Shown: piece by piece, positions 19,659-28,251 of the stretch
How the letters are laid out: each line of letters begins with the position of its first letter
Position numbering within the stretch: position 1 is the stretch's first letter
Source of the DNA: Chthoniobacterales bacterium
GTDB taxonomy: Bacteria > Verrucomicrobiota > Verrucomicrobiia > Chthoniobacterales > Chthoniobacteraceae
DNA length: 64,000 nucleotides
Assembly (NCBI GenBank): GCA_038207335.1
Contig: JBBQZX010000005.1
Location: 32,001 to 96,000 of the forward strand
Direction: 5' to 3'
Made by a program: the position numbers and the translations under genes
The notes under the pieces: generated by a model
Database searches by the model: none
The model's input: the letters and a program-made list of their open reading frames with translations, nothing else
Told to the model about the DNA's origin: nothing

Positions 19659-21431
19659 ATGAAAAGCCTCCTCGTCCTCCTGGCACTCGCCATCCCGCTT
19701 CACGCCGCCACGGTCGCGGTCGTTCCTGAGAAAAAGGGCGGCTTCTCGCTCACCCGCGACGGCGTTCCCTTCCTTGTGAAAGGCGGCGGTGGTGGGGAGC
19801 ATGCGCTTGAGTCCCTCGCCAAGGCCGGGGGCAACAGCATCCGGCTTTGGGGCGACGACAACCTCGGTGAAGTCCTCGACCGCGCCCAGAAACTCGGGCT
19901 CACCGTCTGCGCCGGCATCTGGCTCGGGCAGGTGCGGCAGGGGTTCGACTGGTCGGACGCCGCGGGGCTCATCAAGCAGCGCGAGCACATCCGAGCCGTC
20001 GTCGAGAAATACAAGAGCCACCCCGCGCTCCTCTGCTGGGCGCTCGGCAACGAAATGGAAGACCCCCAGGGCCGCAACGGCGCCGTCTGGGGCCAGATCA
20101 ACAACCTCTCCCGCATGGTCAAGCAGCTCGATTCCGCGCACCCGACCATGACCGTCGTCGCCGAGATCGGCGGCGACAAAGTGAAGAACTTCACCGCCCT
20201 CTGCCCTGACGTCGATATCCTCGGCATCAACTCCTACGCCGGCGCCGCCTCCGTCGCCGAGCGCTACCAGAAAGCCGGCGGCACCAAGCCCTTCCTTCTC
20301 ACCGAATACGGCCCCGCCGGCATCTGGGAGGTGAAAAAGGACGCCATCCGCGCGTACCCCGAGCCCACCAGCACCGCAAAGGGCGACGACTACCGCCGCG
20401 CCTACGAGGCCACCGTCCTCGATCCCAGCCACCTCTGCCTCGGCTCCTACGCCTTCCTCTGGGGGCAGAAGCAAGAGGTCACCGCCACTTGGTTCTCCAT
20501 GTTCCTCGAAGATGGCACCCCGCTTGCCGCCGCCCAGACCGTCTCGGAGCTGTGGACCGGCAAAGCCCCCGCCAACCGCGTCCCCGCCATCGCCTCCCTC
20601 GCCATTCCCGGCGACCGCAGCGCCAAGCCCGGCACCACCTTCACCGCCACCCTCAACGCCTCCGACCCAGAGGGCGACCCCCTAACCGTCGCCTGGACCC
20701 TCCAGCGCGACCCCGGCGAATACGGCAGCGGCGGCGACAAGGAAACCGCCCCGCCCACCTACCCCGACGCCATCACCAAAAGCGACGCCACCGGCGCCAC
20801 CGTCACCCTTCCCAAAGACGGCGGCCTCTACCGCCTCTTCGCCACCGTCCGCGACAACCACGGCGGCGGCGCAGTTGCCAATGTCCCCCTCCGCGTCGAT
20901 GCCCCCGTCACCATCGCGCCCGGCCAGAAAGCCGCCCTCCCCCTCACCGTCTATGCCGAGGACACCGACGCCCCCACCTACATCCCCGCCGGCTGGATGG
21001 GCGACACCCACTCCATCGAGCTCAAGCCCGCCAGCACCGACCAGCCCCACAGCGGCAAGACCTGCCTCCGCTGCGACTTCACCGCCAGCGCCGGGTGGGC
21101 CGGCGTCACCTGGCAGAATCCCGCCGGCGACTGGGGCGACCGCGGCGGCGGCTACGACCTCACCGGGGCGAAAAAGCTCACCTTCTGGGCCCGCGGCGCC
21201 AGCGGCGGCGAAGTCATCAGCGCCGAATACGGCACCCTCGCCAAGCCCAAGAAATTCCCCGACACCGGCCACGGCAAGCTCGGCCCCATCACCCTCACCC
21301 CCGAGTGGAAGCAGTACGAGATCGACGTCACCGGCCAGGACCTCGCCCGCATCAAAACCGGGTTCGTCTGGACCCTCGCCAGCCCCGGCCACCCCGTCAC
21401 CTTCTACCTCGACGACATCCGCTGGGAGTAG
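19659..21431 (+). CDS. Secreted clan GH-A glycoside hydrolase (GH2-TIM-barrel-like) with Ig-like and carbohydrate-binding-like C-terminal domains
   Basis: Signal peptide, NSIRLWG, WALGNE (acid/base), LTEYGP (nucleophile); C-terminal YDLTGAKKLTFWARG...FYLDDI jelly-roll pattern. Confidence 0.8.
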   Translation: MKSLLVLLALAIPLHAATVAVVPEKKGGFSLTRDGVPFLVKGGGGGEHALESLAKAGGNSIRLWGDDNLGEVLDRAQKLGLTVCAGIWLGQVRQGFDWSDAAGLIKQREHIRAVVEKYKSHPALLCWALGNEMEDPQGRNGAVWGQINNLSRMVKQLDSAHPTMTVVAEIGGDKVKNFTALCPDVDILGINSYAGAASVAERYQKAGGTKPFLLTEYGPAGIWEVKKDAIRAYPEPTSTAKGDDYRRAYEATVLDPSHLCLGSYAFLWGQKQEVTATWFSMFLEDGTPLAAAQTVSELWTGKAPANRVPAIASLAIPGDRSAKPGTTFTATLNASDPEGDPLTVAWTLQRDPGEYGSGGDKETAPPTYPDAITKSDATGATVTLPKDGGLYRLFATVRDNHGGGAVANVPLRVDAPVTIAPGQKAALPLTVYAEDTDAPTYIPAGWMGDTHSIELKPASTDQPHSGKTCLRCDFTASAGWAGVTWQNPAGDWGDRGGGYDLTGAKKLTFWARGASGGEVISAEYGTLAKPKKFPDTGHGKLGPITLTPEWKQYEIDVTGQDLARIKTGFVWTLASPGHPVTFYLDDIRWE

Positions 21432-21463
21432 CCCCCGGCGGCGAGGCGCCGCCCTCAAAATCC

Positions 21464-21615
21464 GCATCCCGGTCACCCCGCGCGCCTCCCCAAGGTGAAC
21501 AGAGCGTGCCCCGGCGTGCCGAAGTTGCATCCCGGACACCGCCCGCCTCCCACAGATAAATAAGGCGTGCCCCGACGTGCCGGGGACGCGCCGCAGTCAC
21601 CCCGCGCGCGTCCCC
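21464..21615. repeat. About 2.5 imperfect copies of a ~62-bp unit
   Basis: gcatcccgg.cacc at 21464 and 21527; gcgtgcccc at 21504 and 21565; gtcaccccgcgcgc at 21472 and 21596. Confidence 0.7.
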
Positions 21616-21639
21616 GACTTAACCAGCGTTCTCCCAAAG

Positions 21640-21849
21640 CCCATAGACATGCGACACGAGGCCATCGACATGCGACACGGACACATCGACATGAGACACG
21701 CACACGTCGGTGTTTCACTCGGACAAGTCGATGTTTCACCCGTGCCCATCGACCCGCAAAGCGCACCCGTCGACAGCGGAAATGCGCTTATCGACATGAG
21801 AAACACACAAGTCGGCGCGTCACTCGGACGCGTCGACGTTCGATTCGCG
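21640..21849. repeat. Array of ten degenerate 21-bp tandem units (core RTCGRY)
   Basis: cccatagacatgcgacacgag / gccatcgacatgcgacacgga / cacatcgacatgagacacgca / cacgtcggtgtttcactcgga / caagtcgatgtttcacccgtg / ... / cgcgtcgacgttcgattcgcg; the period is exactly 21 throughout. Confidence 0.85.
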
Positions 21850-21873
21850 CCTGATGATCCCGGCGAGGCGCGG

Positions 21874-23670
21874 CTAGAGGCGGGAGATGAGGAGCTCGCG
21901 TTGGAAGATGAGCTCCTTGGGCAGGCGGTCGTGGAGGGTGAGGAAGAGTTCGGTCTGGGAGATGAGCTCGCGCTGCCACTCGAGGCGGTCGATTTTCATG
22001 CACTCCTGGAAGCGGGTCTCGGGGTAGTCGAGGCCGGTCCAGTCGAACTCGGTGTAGCGGGGCATCCAGCCGATCTGGGTCTCGCGGGCGGCGGCGCGGC
22101 CGCGGGTGCGATCGATGATCCATTTGAGGACGCGGAAGTTTTCGCCGAAGCCGGGCCAGAGGAATTTGTCGTCGGCGTCTTTGCGGAACCAGTTGACGTG
22201 GAAGATGCGGGGGGGGTCGGCGAGGTGGCGGCGGATGCCGAGCCAGTGGTTGAGGTAATCGCCCATGTCGTAGCCGCAGAAGGGGAGCATGGCCATGGGG
22301 TCGCGCCGGACTTTGCCGATTTCGCCGGCCTGGGCGGCGGTGAGTTCGCTGCCCATGGTAGCGCCGAGATAGACGCCGTGGATCCAGTTGAAGCTCTGGA
22401 AGATGAGGGGCATGGTGCTGGCGCGGCGGCCGCCGAAGATGATGGCGCTGATGGGGACGCCGGCGGGGTCGTTGGCCTCGGGGGCGAGGACGGGGTTGTT
22501 GCCCATGGGCGCGGTGAAGCGGCTATTCGGATGGGCGGCTTTCTCGCCGGAGGCGGGGTCCCAGGGGTTGCCTTTCCAGTCGATGGTGCCAGCGGGGGCG
22601 GGCTCGTCTTTTCCCTCCCACCAGACGCCGCCGCCGGGGGTGAGGGCGACGTTGGTGTAGATGGTGTCCCGCGCGATGGTGGCCATGGCGTTGGGGTTGG
22701 ATTTGTGGTTGGTGCCGGGGGCGACGCCGAAGTAGCCGGCTTCGGGGTTGATGGCGTAGAGCTTGCCGTCGGGGCCGGGCTGCATCCAGGCGATGTCGTC
22801 GCCGATGGTGGTGATTTTCCAGCCCTCGAAGCTCTCGGGGGGGATGAGCATGGCGAAGTTGGTCTTGCCGCAGGCGCTGGGGAAGGCGGCGGCGACGTAG
22901 GTTTTCTCACCGGTGGGACTCTCGACGCAGAGGATGAGCATGTGCTCGGCCATCCAGCCCTGCTGGCGGCCGAGGTAGCTGCCGATGCGGAGGGCGAGGC
23001 ATTTTTTGCCGAGGAGGACGTTGCCGCCGTAGCCGGAGCCGACGGAGATGATGGCGTTATCCTGGGGAAAGTGGGCGATGAAGCGGCGCTCGGGGTCGCA
23101 GTCGAGGGTGCTGTGGATGCCGCGGTTGAAGTCGTCGGTGTAGGCGGCGCCGTCTGTCTTTTTGTCGAGGGCGTCGAGGGCGGCGCGGCCCATGCGGGAC
23201 ATGATGCGCATGTTCAGGACGACGTAGATGCTGTCGGTAATCTCAACGCCGATCTTGGTGAGCGGACTGCCGGGGGGACCCATGAGGTAGGGGATGACGT
23301 ACATGGTGCGCCCGCGCATGGCGCCGTCGAGGAGGGCGTTGAGCTTGGCGTACATCTGGCGGGGCGCGGCCCAGTTGTTGGTGGGCCCGGCACCGTGGCG
23401 GGCGGGGGTGCAGATAAAGGTGCATTGCTCGACGCGCGCGACGTCGTTGGGATTCGAGCGGTGGTAGTAGCAGCCGGGAAGGGTCTCCTGATTGAGCTCG
23501 ATGAGGACACCGCTGGCGACGGCCCCAACAAGCAGGTGCGTCTTTTCCTCCTCGGAGCCGTCGCACCAGAAGACACGATCAGGCTGGGTGCGCTCGCGGA
23601 CGCTCTCGACCCACGCGAGGAGGATTTCGTTCTGTGGCGGCGTGCCGCCGAAAGTTGTGCCGTTTTCCAT
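21874..23670 (-). CDS. pckG: Phosphoenolpyruvate carboxykinase (GTP)
   Basis: [54 protein letters not shown]. Confidence 0.97.
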   Translation of the reverse strand: MENGTTFGGTPPQNEILLAWVESVRERTQPDRVFWCDGSEEEKTHLLVGAVASGVLIELNQETLPGCYYHRSNPNDVARVEQCTFICTPARHGAGPTNNWAAPRQMYAKLNALLDGAMRGRTMYVIPYLMGPPGSPLTKIGVEITDSIYVVLNMRIMSRMGRAALDALDKKTDGAAYTDDFNRGIHSTLDCDPERRFIAHFPQDNAIISVGSGYGGNVLLGKKCLALRIGSYLGRQQGWMAEHMLILCVESPTGEKTYVAAAFPSACGKTNFAMLIPPESFEGWKITTIGDDIAWMQPGPDGKLYAINPEAGYFGVAPGTNHKSNPNAMATIARDTIYTNVALTPGGGVWWEGKDEPAPAGTIDWKGNPWDPASGEKAAHPNSRFTAPMGNNPVLAPEANDPAGVPISAIIFGGRRASTMPLIFQSFNWIHGVYLGATMGSELTAAQAGEIGKVRRDPMAMLPFCGYDMGDYLNHWLGIRRHLADPPRIFHVNWFRKDADDKFLWPGFGENFRVLKWIIDRTRGRAAARETQIGWMPRYTEFDWTGLDYPETRFQECMKIDRLEWQRELISQTELFLTLHDRLPKELIFQRELLISRL

Positions 23671-23708
23671 GGCGCGCACGTTCGGGGAGGCGCGCGGGCT
23701 TTCACACC

Positions 23709-23743
23709 AAAAAAACACGCGCGCCGGAGACCGGCGCGCGTGT
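23709..23743 (-). terminator. Intrinsic terminator downstream of the DUF3467-like gene
   Basis: 13-bp stem acacgcgcgccgg-aga-ccggcgcgcgtgt followed on the minus strand by a T run (aaaaaaa at 23709-23715). Confidence 0.8.
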
Positions 23744-23767
23744 GTGTGAAATGGAATGGGTGGATGC

Positions 23768-24112
23768 TTACTCTTCGCTGCTCTCAGCCGCCGGAGCCTC
23801 GCTGCTGCCAGCGGGCGTCGGGGCCGGAGGCGGTCCGCCGCCCTGCGGGAGCTGGACGACCTGGAAATTCTGCGATGTCTGCGTGAGGAGTTGCGCGAGG
23901 CGCACGATGCCCGCGGGGGTCATGGTGATGCGCGTATGGATGGGGAGCAGCGAGACGCCGGGCCGGTCGGGAACGATGCCGCTGGTGAAGTCGAGATAGA
24001 CTTCCTCCTGCCCGACATTGACGAGGACATGGTTTGCGTAACGCGCCGTGAAGTCTTCGTAGCGGACCTGAATCTGTTGCTGCTGCTGTGGTTGGGGATT
24101 TTGATTGGACAT
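23768..24112 (-). CDS. DUF3467-like small protein
   Basis: YANHVLV...EEVYLDF...RITMTP pattern; Gln-rich N-terminus. Confidence 0.75.
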   Translation of the reverse strand: MSNQNPQPQQQQQIQVRYEDFTARYANHVLVNVGQEEVYLDFTSGIVPDRPGVSLLPIHTRITMTPAGIVRLAQLLTQTSQNFQVVQLPQGGGPPPAPTPAGSSEAPAAESSEE

Positions 24113-24201
24113 TGGGCGTGTGCTTTAAACGGCAAAGCCCCGCAGCGCAACGCCCGGAAGCAGGCGGCGCGAGATTTTCCCGCACCGCCCCTCCTGAGCA
24201 G

Positions 24202-24285
24202 TTACCGCGTGCTCGGCGGCGTCTTCGGTTTTTCCTTCTTGGGCTTTTTGACTTCCTTGCGATGGGCGTTGTTGCCTTTGGCCAT
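24202..24285 (-). CDS. 27-aa Lys-rich small protein MAKGNNAHRKEVKKPKKEKPKTPPSTR
   Basis: ATG at 24285 preceded by AAAAGGAG Shine-Dalgarno; host-like codons; TAA at 24204-24202; below the ORF-track size cut-off. Confidence 0.7.
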   Translation of the reverse strand: MAKGNNAHRKEVKKPKKEKPKTPPSTR

Positions 24286-24428
24286 GGTGTGCTCCTTTTG
24301 TTTGTGGCTTCGGTGTTGATGCGCGCGAGGTGCGCGCAGCTTGGGGATAAAAGAAAAGCAGCTCCGCGTCGCGCGCAAATCTCAGGCGGCTTGTCATCGC
24401 CGCGCGCTTCGGAAAATGTCGCGTTGCG

Positions 24429-25175
24429 ATGTTCAACCTCATCCGCAAGAAGCTGCTCGCCGCCGCGCAATCCGCGATGCGCGAGATGACGTGCCCGAAT
24501 TGCAAACACCGGTTCAAACCGTTCGCGGATCACGAGGCGCGGACCTTCACCGAGCTGAGCACGATTGCATGCCCGAAGTGCGGCAAGACGTTCTCTTTCT
24601 CCGAATCGACCGACGCGCAAAAGTCCCCACAACCCGACCCGGACCAACCGCTCTCGCAGCCGCCCGGCTCCCGCATCGAGCGACGCCCCGTCTCCGCGAC
24701 AGAGCTGCTTTTCTACGTCCCCGCGAGTGGCCGCTGGGGCTTCATGCTTTTCTTCGCGATCTTCTGGAACCTGATCTCGTGGACCGTTTTCCTCGCCTTC
24801 GTTTTCGGCAGGCACAAGGGCGTGGTCGAAATCGCGCCGATCTTTTTCAGCAGCCTTTTCCCTGCCATTGGAATTGCTCTCGCCTACGTCGCCATCCGCG
24901 GGAAATACGCCACGCACCTTCTTTTTCTCGGCCCGGAATTCGTCCGCCTCCAGCGCGCACTCTTCCGCCGCAAGAACTACGACCTGCCGACCGCGGAGAT
25001 CGTGCATGTGAAAAAGGCGGAGTTCTATCAGCAGAATTATCAGCCCGTGTACGGCATCGAGATCGGCGCGGGACGGCGGAAAATCCGCTTCGGCAGCGCG
25101 CTGACCGAGCTGGAGAAAGATTGGCTCTGCTGGGAAATCCGCGCATTTCTGCGTGAGCAGGGAGCACCCGTTTGA
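24429..25175 (+). CDS. Membrane protein with N-terminal zinc ribbon
   Basis: CPNC...CPKC, two TM helices, PH-like C-terminal part; TTGA overlap with the next gene. Confidence 0.7.
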   Translation: MFNLIRKKLLAAAQSAMREMTCPNCKHRFKPFADHEARTFTELSTIACPKCGKTFSFSESTDAQKSPQPDPDQPLSQPPGSRIERRPVSATELLFYVPASGRWGFMLFFAIFWNLISWTVFLAFVFGRHKGVVEIAPIFFSSLFPAIGIALAYVAIRGKYATHLLFLGPEFVRLQRALFRRKNYDLPTAEIVHVKKAEFYQQNYQPVYGIEIGAGRRKIRFGSALTELEKDWLCWEIRAFLREQGAPV

Positions 25176-26089
25176 AGACCGCATTCGTCCTCGGCGCGGG
25201 ACTCGGCACGCGGCTGAAAACACTCACGCAGCAGCGACCCAAACCGCTCATCCCGGTCGCGAACAAACCGCTCATCACGTATGCCTTCGACCACCTGCTC
25301 GGCGCGGGCGTCGAGCGTTTCGTCGTGAACACCCACTGGCGCGCGGAGGCTTATGCCACGGCCTTTCCCGGGCAATCGTATCTCGGCGCGCCTATCGCTT
25401 TCAGCCACGAGTTCCCCGAAGTCCTCGAGACCGCCGGCGGCATCAAGCACGCCGAAAAGCTCATCGGTCGCGAGCCTTTCATCGGCTACAACGGTGACAT
25501 CCTGACAGACCTCCCGCTCGAGTCCGCGCTCTGCGCCCACCACGATGCCGGCAACGAAATCACGATGGTTCTCCGCTCGAAGGATGGCCCGCTCCAGGTC
25601 TCGCTCGACCACGCCAACGGACGCATTACCGACATCGGCAAACGCATCTATCCCGCCAGCGACGCGCGCTTTCTTTTCACGGGCATTTACCTCATCGAGC
25701 CCGCGTTTTTCTCCCGCATCCCCGCAGGCGAAAAACTCAGCGTCATCCCGCTCTTTTTGGAAATGATCCGCACCGGCGCGCGTCTCGGCGGCATCGTGAT
25801 TGACGACGGAAATTGGTGGGACCTCGGCACCCGCGAGCAATACCTCGCAGTCCACGCCCATCTCGACGCGGGCAAAAGCTGGATCGCCGAAACAGCGCAA
25901 ATCGACCCGTCCGCGCAAATCACCGGATCGACGGCAATCGGCTCTGGCACAAAGATCGGAGCCCACGCGAGCCTGCAAAACTGCATCGTTTGGGAAGGTG
26001 CAGAAATCGCGCCCGGCAGCCTGCTGAACGACTGCATCGTCACCGCAGGGTCGCGTGTGAGTGGCATTCACTCGCATGCCGATCTGTAA
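25172..26089 (+). CDS. Sugar-phosphate nucleotidyltransferase (MurU-like) with C-terminal hexapeptide repeats
   Basis: LGAGLGTRL, PKPL, LETAGG, NGD, WWDLGT; adjacent to an AmgK-like kinase. Confidence 0.85.
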   Translation: MKTAFVLGAGLGTRLKTLTQQRPKPLIPVANKPLITYAFDHLLGAGVERFVVNTHWRAEAYATAFPGQSYLGAPIAFSHEFPEVLETAGGIKHAEKLIGREPFIGYNGDILTDLPLESALCAHHDAGNEITMVLRSKDGPLQVSLDHANGRITDIGKRIYPASDARFLFTGIYLIEPAFFSRIPAGEKLSVIPLFLEMIRTGARLGGIVIDDGNWWDLGTREQYLAVHAHLDAGKSWIAETAQIDPSAQITGSTAIGSGTKIGAHASLQNCIVWEGAEIAPGSLLNDCIVTAGSRVSGIHSHADL

Positions 26090-26121
26090 CGCGACGGGCT
26101 CTTTTTTAAGCAGAAAAACAA

Positions 26122-26162
26122 GAAAGCAGGAAAGAGAGGCGAACGCTCCAATTCCTGCTTTC
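26122..26162. repeat. REP-like inverted repeat
   Basis: gaaagcaggaa (26122-26132) and ttcctgctttc (26152-26162): perfect 11-bp arms with a 19-nt spacer. Confidence 0.6.
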
Positions 26163-26181
26163 CTACTTCACTCCGACCCAC

Positions 26182-27165
26182 ATGACCGACCTCCTTCTCG
26201 AACAAACCTGTTCACGTTTTCCGCAGCTCGACGGCAAACACGCGCGCGTCCACGCGCTCGAGAAGGGCGGCTCCGACCGCAAATTTTACCGCATCGCCGT
26301 CGCCGACGGCGCATCGCTGATCCTCGCGAAATACGGCAGCCAGCGTGAGGAAAACCGGCACTACGTTGCCATCGCGCGCTTCCTCACGGGGCTCGGAGTT
26401 CGCGTGCCGGAGATTTTCTTTCACGATGAAAAGGAGGGGCTCATCTGGATGGAAGACCTCGGCGACCGCGACCTCTGGAGCTACCGCAACGAGCCGTGGC
26501 CGGAGCGTCAATCCTTGTACCAGAGCGCGCTCGACGAACTTCTCACGCTCCACACACGTGCCCACGCGGCACACGACGGCGAGGCGCCCGCGCTGCAGGC
26601 GGAGTTCAACGCCGACCTCTACCGGTGGGAGCAAAATTATTTTTTCGACCACTGCCTTGCGGGTCATTTCAACCTCGATCCCGACACGCTTGCCGAGCAG
26701 TGCGACCGCGAGCGTCTCGATGAAATCGCGACCCATCTCGCCGAGCTGCCGCGGGTCTTCGTGCATCGCGATTTCCAGTCACAGAACATCGTGATCAAGG
26801 ACGGCTCCGCTTGCTTCATCGACTTTCAAGGGATGCGCCCCGGGCTCGCGCAATACGACGTCGCCTCGCTCCTCCTCGACCCGTACGTAGCACTCACCTC
26901 GACGGAGCGCGACGAACTGCTCGCCTATTATTTGCGCGGCCTGCGCGAACTGGGCATCGAGCCCGCGCCCGATTTTGCGGAAACGCTCGACCTCTGCGCG
27001 ATGCAGCGCCTCATGCAGGCGCTCGGCGCTTACGGCTTTCTCGGCCATGTGAAAGAGCGCGCCGACTTCCTCGCGCACATCCCCGCTGCCCTCGCGAATC
27101 TCCGCACCGTCGTCGCGCGAATCCCCGGCCTGGAAAACCTCCCGCGCATCCTCGCGCGGCTGTAG
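26182..27165 (+). CDS. APH-fold phosphotransferase, AmgK-like anomeric MurNAc/GlcNAc kinase
   Basis: GSDRKFYR, MEDLG, VHRDFQSQNI, IDFQG, YDVASLL, QRLMQALGAYGFL. Confidence 0.82.
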   Translation: MTDLLLEQTCSRFPQLDGKHARVHALEKGGSDRKFYRIAVADGASLILAKYGSQREENRHYVAIARFLTGLGVRVPEIFFHDEKEGLIWMEDLGDRDLWSYRNEPWPERQSLYQSALDELLTLHTRAHAAHDGEAPALQAEFNADLYRWEQNYFFDHCLAGHFNLDPDTLAEQCDRERLDEIATHLAELPRVFVHRDFQSQNIVIKDGSACFIDFQGMRPGLAQYDVASLLLDPYVALTSTERDELLAYYLRGLRELGIEPAPDFAETLDLCAMQRLMQALGAYGFLGHVKERADFLAHIPAALANLRTVVARIPGLENLPRILARL

Positions 27166-27177
27166 TGCCAGGAGCCG

Positions 27178-28173
27178 CTACTCCGCCTTCGGGTCGCGCG
27201 TGAGCAACGCGTTGAGCGCCTCTTTCGCCGAAGTCGCGCCGTCGAGCAGCGCGCGCATTTGATCGACGATCGGCGTCTCGATGCCGAAACGCCGCGCGCA
27301 CTCGAAGGCGCTGTGTGTCGTCGGCACGCCTTCGGCCACCATGTTCATCGACGCCACGATCGCGCCGAGCGACTCGCCGCGGCCGAGCCTTTCACCAACC
27401 GCGCGATTGCGGCTGTGCTGGCTGAAGCAAGTCACCATCAGGTCTCCCAGCCCACTCAGCCCGTGGAAAGTCTCGCGCCGGCCGCCGAGGGCGGTGCCGA
27501 GGCGGATCAATTCGGGCAGAGCACGCGTGACCAAAGCAGCCTTGGAATTGTCGCCGAGTCCCAGCCCATCGCTCACGCCGGCCGCGATGGCGAAGATGTT
27601 TTTCAACGCGCCGCCAAGCTCGATCCCTGCGACGTCGTCGCTCGTGTAGGCACGGAGCGACGGTGTGGAAAATGAGTGCTGGAGCCGTTTCGCGAGCGCT
27701 TCATCCGCGCAGCCGAGGACGATCGCAGTCGGCATTTTGCGCGCGACTTCCTCCGCATGGCTCGGTCCGGAGAGGACGGCGACTGGATTGCGCGGCAGGC
27801 ATTCCGCGAGGATTTCGCTCATCCGCAGCCCGCTGCCGCGCTCCACGCCTTTCGTGCAGGAAAGCAGCACCGCATCGCCCCGCAGCGAGGTCGTCGAGAG
27901 CCGCGCGCCGACCTCGCGCATCGCCCACGACGGCGTGACGAGGAGCACGAGATCGCACTCCGCGAGCGCGTCGAGTTCCGATGTAAAACGCACCCCTTCC
28001 GGCAGCGCGACCCCCGGCAGATACGCGCCATTTTCACCCGCCGCCGCGACCGCCGCGACATGCCGCGCATCGTGCCCCCAGACCGTGACGGGCAGTCCCT
28101 GTTCCCGCAAAACAAGCGCCAGAGCCGTCCCCCAGCTCCCAGCTCCGATGATGCCGACATTTTGAAAACTCAT
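27178..28173 (-). CDS. gpsA: NAD(P)H-dependent glycerol-3-phosphate dehydrogenase
   Basis: GAGSWGTALA, TKG, LSGPSHA, GGALKN, GLGDLMVTC, SRNR, VAEG. Confidence 0.96.
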   Translation of the reverse strand: MSFQNVGIIGAGSWGTALALVLREQGLPVTVWGHDARHVAAVAAAGENGAYLPGVALPEGVRFTSELDALAECDLVLLVTPSWAMREVGARLSTTSLRGDAVLLSCTKGVERGSGLRMSEILAECLPRNPVAVLSGPSHAEEVARKMPTAIVLGCADEALAKRLQHSFSTPSLRAYTSDDVAGIELGGALKNIFAIAAGVSDGLGLGDNSKAALVTRALPELIRLGTALGGRRETFHGLSGLGDLMVTCFSQHSRNRAVGERLGRGESLGAIVASMNMVAEGVPTTHSAFECARRFGIETPIVDQMRALLDGATSAKEALNALLTRDPKAE

Positions 28174-28251
28174 GAGCGCTTCAATACCCGAGCCATGGGA
28201 TTCGCGCTTGTAAAGACTGCGCCTGCCATGAGCCTGTCCGACCGTTCTTTT

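Noticed and set aside
18513..20474. 653-aa minus-strand ORF, and similar long antisense ORFs (2727-3926, 9111-10247, 23784-25223, 34177-35487, 47982-49142, 56560-57912, 61770-62891)
   Set aside because: They are shadows of well-supported genes on the opposite strand and have no recognisable motifs.
20489..21559. Arg/Pro/His-rich and Pro/Ser-rich alternative-frame ORFs
   Set aside because: They are by-products of extreme C-ending codon usage in the glycoside hydrolase gene.
21464..21849. CRISPR array interpretation of the repeats
   Set aside because: There are no identical 23-47-bp repeats with unique ~30-40-bp spacers, and no cas genes in the window.
21577..23886. 769-aa plus-strand ORF
   Set aside because: It is almost entirely the in-register antisense shadow of pckG, which is typical of high-GC genes. 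Only its first ~90 codons (the repeat array) are independent, and these are treated as a finding.
27676..28251. N-terminal extension of the 1208-aa ORF
   Set aside because: It overlaps gpsA on the opposite strand, and a signal peptide begins only at about 28252.
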